Positions 7,165-14,757 of a stretch of DNA of 22,955 nt are shown piece by piece. This DNA comes from a virus. Its lineage: Duplodnaviria; Heunggongvirae; Uroviricota; Caudoviricetes. The stretch lies in the IMG/VR virus record IMGVR_UViG_2541047790_000011; one strand, written 5' to 3'. The first letter of the stretch is position 1. Every line of letters begins with the position of its first letter. The notes below the pieces were generated by a model. The model was not told the DNA's origin. It made no database searches and worked only from the letters and a program-made list of their open reading frames with translations. Made by a program: the position numbers and the translations under genes.

Positions 7165-8334
7165 ATGAAGAAATTAATCGAACTCCGCCAGCAAAAAAAC
7201 GCCCTGAAAAACCAGATGCGATCCCTGCTGGAAAAAGCCGACAGTGAAAACCGTAGTCTGAACGCTGAAGAAGGCAAACAGTTTGATGAACTGCGTGCAA
7301 AAGCTGATGCCCTCGACACAGAAATTTCCCGCCTCGAGTCTGTGGCTGATGAAGAACGCAGCAAGCCAGGAACGGGCATCCAGAAATTATCATCTGATGA
7401 ATTGCGTAACTACATCGTAACCGGAGATGTGCGATCACTGTCCACCAGCACTGACAGCGGCAGGGATGGCGGATATACCGTAATTCCTGAGCTTGATCGC
7501 GAAGTCATGCGCCAGCTACAGGATGACAGTGTTATGCGCGTGATCGCGACCGTGAAGACCGCAAAATCAAATGAGTTTCAGAAACTGGTTTCCACTGGCG
7601 GCGCAACTGTAGGACGAGGCACAGAAGGCAGCGCACGCAGTGAAACCAACACCCCGAAAATTGAACGCGTAACCATCAAGTTGAATCCGATCTACGCCTA
7701 CCCGAAAACCACGCAGGAAATCCTGGATTTTTCAGAGGTGGATATTCTGGGCTGGTTATCCTCCGAAATTGCCGACACGTTCGCCAGCACCGAAGAGGAT
7801 GATTTTGTTAATGGCGACGGTAACGGCAAGCCGAAAGGCTTCATGGCTTACACCCGTGCGGCGACCAGTGACAAAACCCGCGCTTTTGGCACCATTGAAA
7901 AAATAGTAGCGGCAAGTGGAACCGCCATTACAGCGGACGAACTGATCGACATTCTCTACAAGCTGAAAGCGAAATACCGCAAAAATGCCGTATGGGTGAT
8001 GAACTCGGGCACGGCAGGGACACTACAGAAGCTGAAAAATGAGAACGGCGATTATATCTGGCGCGACAGCCTTAAAGAAGGTGCGCCGGATATGTTGCTT
8101 GGTCGTCCTGTTTACTGCCTGGAGTCCATGCCGGACATCGGCGCAGGAAAAGCACCGCTAGCGGTTGGCGATTTCAGTCGTGGTTATTTCATCGTTGATC
8201 ATGTAACAGGGATTCGCACCCGACCGGACAACATTACTGAACCCGGATTCTACAAGGTCCACACGGATAAATATCTGGGCGGTGGTGTGGTGGATTCAAA
8301 CGCCATCAAAATTCTGGAAATGAAAGCTGGCTAG
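7165..8334 (+). CDS. Major capsid protein, HK97 family, with N-terminal coiled-coil scaffolding (delta) domain
   Basis: 389 aa. The N-terminus 'MKKLIELRQQKNALKNQMRSLLEKADSENRSLNAEEGKQFDELRAKADALDTEISRLESV' is delta-domain-like. The rest resembles HK97-family MCPs. A prohead protease and portal follow. Confidence 0.92.
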   Translation: MKKLIELRQQKNALKNQMRSLLEKADSENRSLNAEEGKQFDELRAKADALDTEISRLESVADEERSKPGTGIQKLSSDELRNYIVTGDVRSLSTSTDSGRDGGYTVIPELDREVMRQLQDDSVMRVIATVKTAKSNEFQKLVSTGGATVGRGTEGSARSETNTPKIERVTIKLNPIYAYPKTTQEILDFSEVDILGWLSSEIADTFASTEEDDFVNGDGNGKPKGFMAYTRAATSDKTRAFGTIEKIVAASGTAITADELIDILYKLKAKYRKNAVWVMNSGTAGTLQKLKNENGDYIWRDSLKEGAPDMLLGRPVYCLESMPDIGAGKAPLAVGDFSRGYFIVDHVTGIRTRPDNITEPGFYKVHTDKYLGGGVVDSNAIKILEMKAG

Positions 8335-8346
8335 TCATGAGTAAGG

Positions 8347-8368
8347 AGGAGGCTGCGGCCTCCTTTTT
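8347..8368 (+). terminator. Intrinsic terminator/attenuator between the capsid and protease genes
   Basis: Stem AGGAGGC (8347-8353) pairs with GCCTCCT (8358-8364), loop TGCG, then a T-run to 8368. It sits 13 nt after the MCP stop. Confidence 0.55.
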
Positions 8369-8388
8369 CAGCTTTATGGAGTACACCG

Positions 8389-8949
8389 ATGAAAAACACC
8401 GATTTTGAAATCCGCACATCTGAACTGACCGCCAGCAATAAAAAGCTGGTGGGGTATGCCGTTCGCTGGAACAGCCTTTCAGAAATTATCTGGGACGAAT
8501 TCCGCGAACAGTTCACGCCGGGGGCTTTTGCTGACTATCTGGCGACGGGTAATGATGTGCGCTGCCTGTATGAGCATGACTATACCCAACTGCTGGGGCG
8601 CACCAAATCCGGCACTCTGGTACTGACTGAGGATAACACCGGGTTACGTTTTGAACTGACACCGCCGGATACCCAGCTTGGAAAAGATGTGCTTACGCTG
8701 GTGGAGCGTGGCGACATTACAGGAATGAGCTTTGGTTTTCGCGCATTATGCGAGGAGTGGAGTATCGCGCAAAAACCGTATCTGCGTACCGTAACCGCCG
8801 CTGAACTCCGTGAAATCACAATAACGTCGATGCCTGCTTATCCAGAATCTGGCGTGGAGATTGCCCACCGTTCGTTGTTTGCACAGCACCCTGAATTACG
8901 TCCGACAGGAAATAATCTTCATCGCTGGTCTGAGCTGGCGGGGTTGTGA
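8389..8949 (+). CDS. Prohead (head maturation) serine protease, HK97 family
   Basis: 186 aa. 'LVGYAVRWNSLSE...FTPGAF...DVRCLYEHD...LLGRTKSGTL.L.ED..GL.F....PDT..G.D.L.LV.RGDI.GMSFGF' is the pattern of HK97 gp4-type (S78/U35) proteases. Confidence 0.9.
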   Translation: MKNTDFEIRTSELTASNKKLVGYAVRWNSLSEIIWDEFREQFTPGAFADYLATGNDVRCLYEHDYTQLLGRTKSGTLVLTEDNTGLRFELTPPDTQLGKDVLTLVERGDITGMSFGFRALCEEWSIAQKPYLRTVTAAELREITITSMPAYPESGVEIAHRSLFAQHPELRPTGNNLHRWSELAGL

Positions 8950-8950
8950 T

Positions 8951-10165
8951 ATGTGGTGGCCTTTTAGTCGTAAAAAAAGCGAGCAGCGTAACCTGTCCAT
9001 TGATGATTTTCTGGCGCTGTCCGGCGTACCGAATACCGGATCCGGAGAATATGTTTCTGCCGGGACGGCTGAATCATTGCCTGCAGTGATGAATGCGGTT
9101 TCTGTCATCGCTGAGGCGGTGGCCACGATGCCGTGTTATCTGTATCTGGTACGTAATGACAAGGGCAGGGAGGCGCGGGAATGGCTGGACAGTCACCCGG
9201 TAGATATTCTGCTGAATGAGCAGCCTAATTCGTGCCAGACACCTTACCAGTTTAAACGCACAATGATGCGTCACTGCCTGCTGAACGGTAACGCCTATGC
9301 GGTTATTGAGTGGGGGCAGGACGGGCAGCCAAAATCACTTCATCCTTATGCGCCGGGGTGTGTTGTACCGGAACGCACAGGCGCACACAAATACCGCTAT
9401 ACCATCACCGAACCCTGTACAGGAACGGTGCGCACGTATTTACAGGAAGAAGTTCTGCATCTCCGCTATGCCTCGGATGATGGCTTTCTGGGGCGTTCCC
9501 CCGTCACGATTTGCCGTGAGGCGCTGGGGCTTGGCCTTGCTCAACAGCGTCACGGAGCCAGCATTATGAAAGATGGCATGATGGCGGCAGGGATTATCAC
9601 GTCAGGCGAATGGCTGGACGGCGTGAAAGGTAAACAGGCATTGGATGCTCTGGAACGCTACAAGGGGGCGAAAAATGCCGGAAAAACGCCAATCCTTGAA
9701 GGGGGCATGGATTACAGGCAACTGGGAATGAGTAACCAGGATGCGGAATGGCTGGCCTCCCGTCGCTTCTCCATTGAAGACATCGCCCGCATGTTCAACG
9801 TATCGCCTATTTTTCTGCAGGAATACAGCAACAGCACCTACAGCAATTTCAGCGAGGCAAGCCGCGCGTTTCTGACCATGACAATGCGCCCGTGGCTGGC
9901 GAACTTCGAACAGCAAATCAAGGCCGCTTTGCTGGTGGCTTCTCCCGTACCTGGTACCCGTTATCTGGTTGAGTTTGATTCAGCCGATTTATTACGCGCC
10001 ACACCCACCGAACGTTATGCCACGTATGAGAAAGGGATTAAGAACGGGATCATGAATCCGAACGAAGCCCGTGAGCGTGAGGGTATGCCGCCGCGTGAAG
10101 GTGGTGATGAGTTCAGCCAGGCATGGAAACAGACTGTGGAAATTAAAGGGAGAAAAGATGAGTGA
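8951..10165 (+). CDS. Portal protein, HK97 family
   Basis: 404 aa from ATG 8951, which lies 1 nt after the protease stop. The ORF-track start at 8861 overlaps the protease gene. Size, position and sequence character match HK97-type portals. Confidence 0.9.
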   Translation: MWWPFSRKKSEQRNLSIDDFLALSGVPNTGSGEYVSAGTAESLPAVMNAVSVIAEAVATMPCYLYLVRNDKGREAREWLDSHPVDILLNEQPNSCQTPYQFKRTMMRHCLLNGNAYAVIEWGQDGQPKSLHPYAPGCVVPERTGAHKYRYTITEPCTGTVRTYLQEEVLHLRYASDDGFLGRSPVTICREALGLGLAQQRHGASIMKDGMMAAGIITSGEWLDGVKGKQALDALERYKGAKNAGKTPILEGGMDYRQLGMSNQDAEWLASRRFSIEDIARMFNVSPIFLQEYSNSTYSNFSEASRAFLTMTMRPWLANFEQQIKAALLVASPVPGTRYLVEFDSADLLRATPTERYATYEKGIKNGIMNPNEAREREGMPPREGGDEFSQAWKQTVEIKGRKDE

Positions 10166-10460
10166 AGCCAAAATTACACCTGATGAAGTCAGGGCACATC
10201 TTCGACTTGATGATGATTTATCCGGTGAAGGCGAACTTCTGAAAATGTATACCGATGCGGCGCTGGAAGCCTGCCAGAAGCATATCGGGAAACGTTTTGA
10301 AGACGGGCTGGAATTTACCCCGGCAATGCGTGTTGGTTGCCTGATGTACATCGCTTTCCTGTACGAGAACCGGGAAGCGGTTTCACCAGTGGAGCACTCG
10401 GAACTGCCTATGGCTATTTCTGCGCTCTGGTCAGTTTATCGTGACGTAGGGGTGTACTGA
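10158..10460 (+). CDS. Head-tail connector / adaptor (gp6-like DNA-packaging protein)
   Basis: 100 aa from ATG 10158, overlapping the portal stop. 'ITPDEVRAHLRLDDD...ELLKMYTDAALEACQKHIG' is the typical N-terminus of gp6-like head-tail connector proteins. Confidence 0.8.
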   Translation: MSEAKITPDEVRAHLRLDDDLSGEGELLKMYTDAALEACQKHIGKRFEDGLEFTPAMRVGCLMYIAFLYENREAVSPVEHSELPMAISALWSVYRDVGVY

Positions 10461-10900
10461 TGCCGTGGCAACCATTAAGGCGATGCACTGAGCCTGGCTG
10501 TAATAAGCGCGTGAAGTCCGGCAAGTGTGAAGAGCACAGGCGGGCTGCATGGCGTGCAGAGGATGCCAGACGGGGACACCGCCGCGCGCGCGGGTATTCC
10601 CGACAGTGGGACAAATACCGCGCCCTGTACCTGAGCAAAAACCCGTTATGCGTGAGTTGTCTGGCTAAGGGGATTTATACGCCAGCTCTTGTGGTGGATC
10701 ACATCATTCCCATCAATGGCGGCGGTGATGTTCTCTTCTGGCCTGAGTGGAACCACCAGGCATTGTGCCAGACGTGCCACAACCGTAAGACGACACGGGA
10801 AGATCCCGCCACGAAAGCGAACCGTAAGGCGGGCATGTATCGCGATCAGGAAGAACGGGCGGCACACCGTAACGACTGGATGTATGGCGATGATGACTGA
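10460..10900 (+). CDS. HNH endonuclease (cos-packaging accessory nuclease)
   Basis: 146 aa. The motif 'LCVSCLAKG....A.VVDHIIPI.....F...WNHQALCQTCHNRKT' carries HNH residues plus Cys pairs. It lies just upstream of terS, as in HK97-like cos phages. Confidence 0.9.
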   Translation: MPWQPLRRCTEPGCNKRVKSGKCEEHRRAAWRAEDARRGHRRARGYSRQWDKYRALYLSKNPLCVSCLAKGIYTPALVVDHIIPINGGGDVLFWPEWNHQALCQTCHNRKTTREDPATKANRKAGMYRDQEERAAHRNDWMYGDDD

Positions 10901-11069
10901 ACAGGAGCAAAACAGGCTGATACGTGGGTTGATAAGGCAGCGTGACACATGGAAGACACAGGAGACAGGGCACAAAGCCAACAGGACAGGGCGCACAAAA
11001 CGCACCACAGCGAAGCGATTAACCGACCGTGACCGCGAGGTCATGGAATGTTTTCGCAATCGCTGGTGA
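10884..11069 (+). CDS. Possible small basic protein (about 58-61 aa)
   Basis: This is the distal part of ORF 10689-11069, beginning at the ATG cluster 10884/10890/10893 that overlaps the HNH stop. Arg/Lys/Thr-rich. No family recognised; it may be non-coding. Confidence 0.3.
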   Translation: MAMMTEQEQNRLIRGLIRQRDTWKTQETGHKANRTGRTKRTTAKRLTDRDREVMECFRNRW

Positions 11070-11188
11070 GGCCGTCAGAGGGGGTGGGGGTGGTTTTCAG
11101 GACGAAACCGTCCCTGCCGGACACCGACCGCCTCCCCAAATTTTTATGCACGGGAATTTTTTGAAAAATAATCTGACGAAAAATAAGC
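11070..11188. other. Candidate cos (cohesive-end) region
   Basis: 119-bp non-coding gap between the HNH module and terS. It has a G-run (11078-11093, GAGGGGGTGGGGGTGG) and a C-rich tract (11124-11137). This is the canonical cos position in HNH-dependent HK97-like packaging systems. Confidence 0.4.
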
Positions 11189-11545
11189 ATGGCAAGACCA
11201 CCGAAAGCCCCCGCCTACCTGGATGATATCGCCGTGAAGCAGTGGCGGGAAAAATCGCGGCAGCTTGCGGAACGGGGAGACCTGACCCCCGCCGACTGGA
11301 GCAATCTGGAACTGTATTGCGTCAACTACTCCATTTACCGGAAAGCCGTTGCAGACCTTGCGGCGCGCGGGTTCAGCATTGTTAACAGTCAGGGCGGCGA
11401 GAGCAGAAACCCCGCATTAAGCGCAAAATCCGACGCTGAAAGAGTGATGATAAAAATGGCCTCCTTGCTCGGTTTTGACCCGATAAGCCGCCGTAAAAAT
11501 CCACCGGAAACAGAAGAAGAGGACGAGCTTGACCGCCTGGAATAA
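11189..11545 (+). CDS. terS: Terminase small subunit, P27 family
   Basis: 118 aa. 'PPKAPAYLDD.A...W......L...G.LT.AD...LE.YC..Y..YR.A...L...G......G....NPA' matches the P27-family TerS pattern. It overlaps the terL start. Confidence 0.88.
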   Translation: MARPPKAPAYLDDIAVKQWREKSRQLAERGDLTPADWSNLELYCVNYSIYRKAVADLAARGFSIVNSQGGESRNPALSAKSDAERVMIKMASLLGFDPISRRKNPPETEEEDELDRLE

Positions 11546-13190
11546 GTACGCAGAAGACGTAAAAACGGGCAAAATTCCGGCCTGTAAACGGCTGAAACAG
11601 GCCGTTAAACGGTACTTTTCGGACCTTGAAAGCCCCCTTTACACGTTCGATCGTGAGGTTGTGGAGCGGTTTATTGCCTTTTCCAGGGTGTGCGCGCACG
11701 TAAAAGGGCCGATGCGTGGCAGACCCATTGAGCTGGAGCCGTGGCAGCAGTTCGCCTTTGCGTGCATCCTCGGCTTTAAGGTTAAGGCCACCGGACGGCG
11801 CAAATACACGAGCGCCTTTATCGAAGTGCCGCGCAAAAATGCGAAATCCACGACCGCCGCGATTCTGGCTAACTGGTTTCTGATTATGGAGAACGGTCAG
11901 CAGGATATCTACACCGCAGCGGTGAGCCGTGACCAGGCGCGGATCGTCTTTGATGATGCGCGTCAGATGTGCCTTTTATCCCGACCGTTACGCAGGCGGG
12001 TGAATATTCAGGCGCATAAGGTGATACACCCGAAAACCAACAGCCTGTTAAAGCCACTGGCAGCAAAAGCGGCAACCATTGAGGGGACAAACCCGAGTCT
12101 TGCCATTGTGGATGAATATCACCTGCACCCAGACAACGGGGTTTATTCCGCACTTGATATGGGGATGGGCGCACGTCCCGAAGGGCTGTTATTTGCCATT
12201 ACCACATCGGGCAGTAACGTCGTTTCAGCCTGTAAGCAGCACTATGATTATTGCTGCCAGATCCTGGACGGCGAAGAGGTCAACGATTCAATTTTTGTAC
12301 TGATTTACGAACTGGACGACGAAAACGAGGTTGATGATCCGGCGATGTGGATAAAGGCTAACCCTAACATCGATGTTTCCGTCGATCGTGAAAAACTGGC
12401 CTCAACCATCCAGAAAGCGCGGGGTATTCCGTCGCAATGGGTGGAAATGCTCACCAAGCGATTCAATATCTGGTGTCAGGGGGCTACGCCGTGGATGGGT
12501 AACGGTGCATGGGCGGAGTGTGCCGGAACGTTCGCGGAGGCGGATTTATACGGGCAGGAGTGCTACGCGGGGCTGGACTTATCATCAACCAGCGATATTT
12601 CCAGCGTGTGCTATGCCTTCCCGGTCGGTAAAAAGATTATGCTGGTTTCCCGTCACTATCTGCCGGAATTTCAGCTACAGAATCCCGCCAATAAAAACCG
12701 CGCCATCTATCGCCAGTGGGTAAAGGCGGGCTGGATACGCACAACACCGGGTGACTGCATTGATTATGACCGTATCCGTGATGACATCATGGCGGATGCA
12801 GAGAATTTCAATATCAGGCTGGTGGGCTTCGATACATGGAACGCCACGCACCTGAGGACGCAGTTACAGGGCGCAGGATTTGAGGTGGAGCCGTTCCCGC
12901 AAACCTACCTCAGATTCAGTCCGGCGGCGAAATCGTTCGAAGTTTTTGTTAACCGGAAGGTGATTGTGCATCGTGGTGATCCGGTGCTGGCCTGGTCAAT
13001 GAGTAATGTTGTGATGCAGAGTGACGCGAACGCCAATATCAAGCCGAACAAGAAAAAATCATCCAACAAGATAGACCCGAGCGTTGCGGCGCTGATGGCG
13101 TTTGGCACATTCCAGGCAGAGCACGAGGACTTTGCATTCGATATGAGCGACAGCCACAAAGAGCGGCTTGCGGCGTTTGATGGGGTATGA
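11529..13190 (+). CDS. terL: Terminase large subunit
   Basis: 553 aa. ATPase motifs 'VPRKNAKSTTAA' (Walker A-like) and 'LAIVDEYH' (Walker B) are present, followed by a C-terminal nuclease-domain-sized region. Confidence 0.93.
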   Translation: MTAWNKYAEDVKTGKIPACKRLKQAVKRYFSDLESPLYTFDREVVERFIAFSRVCAHVKGPMRGRPIELEPWQQFAFACILGFKVKATGRRKYTSAFIEVPRKNAKSTTAAILANWFLIMENGQQDIYTAAVSRDQARIVFDDARQMCLLSRPLRRRVNIQAHKVIHPKTNSLLKPLAAKAATIEGTNPSLAIVDEYHLHPDNGVYSALDMGMGARPEGLLFAITTSGSNVVSACKQHYDYCCQILDGEEVNDSIFVLIYELDDENEVDDPAMWIKANPNIDVSVDREKLASTIQKARGIPSQWVEMLTKRFNIWCQGATPWMGNGAWAECAGTFAEADLYGQECYAGLDLSSTSDISSVCYAFPVGKKIMLVSRHYLPEFQLQNPANKNRAIYRQWVKAGWIRTTPGDCIDYDRIRDDIMADAENFNIRLVGFDTWNATHLRTQLQGAGFEVEPFPQTYLRFSPAAKSFEVFVNRKVIVHRGDPVLAWSMSNVVMQSDANANIKPNKKKSSNKIDPSVAALMAFGTFQAEHEDFAFDMSDSHKERLAAFDGV

Positions 13191-13480
13191 CGAGAATGAG
13201 CGAAACCGAACTACTAAAAATAATCCGCCGTGTTACCGGAGCCAGCCAGACAGCAGACAAACAGGAGGCCACGCAGCCGGACAGCGTGATAGCCGAAAAT
13301 TACGCGCGTGTGGTGGCTGAGGTGATGCGCCGTGACGGTATTGAGCTTAACGGCGTGGATATGCGCAACATACGAACCAGAGTCCTTGAGTTGCTGGCAT
13401 ACCGTCGCCGTTCTCAACAACGGAGGGAGAGCGCGAAAAATACTTATCAGTGGAAGAAGCCGGAACGGTTGCGGCGGTAA
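13187..13480 (+). CDS. Hypothetical protein (97 aa), last gene of the island
   Basis: Its start overlaps the terL stop (ATGA). No family recognised. Confidence 0.5.
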   Translation: MTRMSETELLKIIRRVTGASQTADKQEATQPDSVIAENYARVVAEVMRRDGIELNGVDMRNIRTRVLELLAYRRRSQQRRESAKNTYQWKKPERLRR

Positions 13481-13593
13481 CTTGCAGATATTCCCGATAA
13501 CGTAAAATTGCGTTGGCTGGCAGAGTGCAAATTTGCACGATGGCCTAACCCATTGATTGTTTCGGAAACCTCAATTTGAGGAGGCCGGACAGC

Positions 13594-13628
13594 GTGACGG
13601 AGGGTGACAACCAGTGACACGCCGTGAC
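13594..13628 (+). repeat. Four direct GTGAC repeats at exact 10-bp phasing
   Basis: GTGAC at 13594, 13604, 13614 and 13624. This is in the non-coding right end of the island. Confidence 0.4.
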
Positions 13629-14176
13629 AAAAAGACGGTTTAACCATCCATTAAAAATCGACGTGATTTTGTGCTTTCCGTATGAGGTGGCCAGCGTCAT
13701 TTTTTAGTGAGAAATTCTGGTCAGGGGCGTTGGCTGAATGGTTATTTTATCGTGCCCATGCACAGGGAGGGGGCGGGTAAAATCTCTGGAGGTGATGCCT
13801 GTCAGGACCGCCGCCTGACCCTTCCTCACATCGCCGCAGGTTCGAAAACTTTTTTTGTGTCAGGTGCGCACGGAATTGATAGATAAAACCTATATTAAAA
13901 AATCACGGAAGCCGTGCCATTGCTGGAGCAGTCAAAAATTCCACATCTCACGGCAGGCAAAAAAAGCGAATTTTGGGCCAGTTGAGGATAAAAAAGGGCT
14001 CACTAGTTTTGCACATCCTGGTATCGGGGTCGTCAGCCTCCCGCCAGTAACTAGGTAACTAATCACGCTGGTGGGCATGATGCCGATGCCGGGATCTCGG
14101 TATCGGTTTATCTGTGATCATCCACCAGCTTGATGACAGATAACAGGGAGTCATAACGGTTAAAGCGTGTTGATCT

Positions 14177-14233
14177 TTGTTCGTGGTTGTTCGATATTGT
14201 TCGTAAAGCGGTGTAGTTAATGGTGTAGTTAAT
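14177..14233 (+). repeat. Three exact TTGTTCG repeats at 10-bp phasing, followed by a tandem 12-mer GGTGTAGTTAAT x2
   Basis: TTGTTCG at 14177, 14187 and 14197. GGTGTAGTTAAT at 14210-14221 and 14222-14233. Confidence 0.4.
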
Positions 14234-14406
14234 TTCGCTGTTTTTGACGAGCTTATCATTTGCAACGCAATGAAAAACAAAGACTAATTAACAAAATGCT
14301 ATAAATGATAGTTATCTATCATGTGGAGTAGATTGGTCAGGCAAATAAGCTCTTGTCAGCGGCAGGGCGTTCTGCCGATAACCGTAACCGAAGATGATAA
14401 CTGACA

Positions 14407-14727
14407 ATGGGTAAAACGAACGACTGGCTGGACTTTGATCAACTGGCGGAAGAAAAAGTTCGCGACGCGCTAAAACCGCCATCTATGTATAAAGTGATAT
14501 TAGTCAATGATGATTATACTCCGATGGAGTTTGTTATTGACGTGTTACAAAAATTCTTTTCTTATGATGTAGAACGTGCAACGCAATTGATGCTCGCTGT
14601 TCACTACCAGGGGAAGGCCATTTGCGGAGTCTTTACCGCTGAGGTTGCAGAAACCAAAGTGGCGATGGTGAACAAGTACGCGAGGGAGAATGAGCATCCA
14701 TTGCTGTGTACGCTAGAAAAAGCCTGA
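14407..14727 (+). CDS. clpS: ATP-dependent Clp protease adaptor ClpS
   Basis: 106 aa. The translation '[51 protein letters not shown]...' is recognisably E. coli ClpS. Confidence 0.97.
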
Positions 14728-14757
14728 ATGCAGGCATAAAAATTGGGGGAGGTGCCT

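Larger units (their letters stand above)
1..14233 (+). mobile_element. Integrated phage satellite island with its own head and packaging genes but no tail or lysis genes (capsid-forming PICI-like). The right border is uncertain, somewhere between 13481 and about 14300. The left att site lies outside the window.
   Basis: Co-directional int-alpA-primase/ori-ssb block followed by MCP-protease-portal-connector-HNH-TerS-TerL, directly abutting core clpS. Phased short repeats at 13594-13628 and 14177-14233 look like recombination or regulatory arm sites. Confidence 0.8.

Noticed and set aside
10689-10883. Proximal part of the 126-aa ORF 10689-11069, out of frame within the HNH gene
   Set aside because: It overlaps the well-supported HNH endonuclease. 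Only the distal segment after the HNH stop is kept, as a low-confidence small ORF.
11078-11137. G-run and C-rich tract read as a long hairpin
   Set aside because: Writing out the complement shows that only about 4 consecutive bases can pair. They are compositionally skewed tracts, not a stem.
1-13480. Calling the element a complete or defective HK97-like prophage
   Set aside because: Its size is about one third of such phages. It has a satellite-type int/alpA/primase backbone. The head-packaging block is intact and ordered, with nothing tail-like between it and the core gene clpS. This fits a dedicated satellite better than random prophage decay, although sequence left of base 1 is unseen.
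13830-13860. tRNA-like 'GCAGGTTCGAAA' motif as a possible tRNA-derived att site
   Set aside because: The flanking bases do not form a T-arm stem and no acceptor stem is present. The resemblance is limited to the GGTTCGAA octamer.
13855-14280. ORFs 13855-14058 (+) and 14059-14280 (-) at the island right end
   Set aside because: There are no SDs. The translations are low-complexity (for example TTPLTTPL, which comes from the tandem 12-mer). The region is better explained as repeat-rich non-coding att or regulatory DNA.
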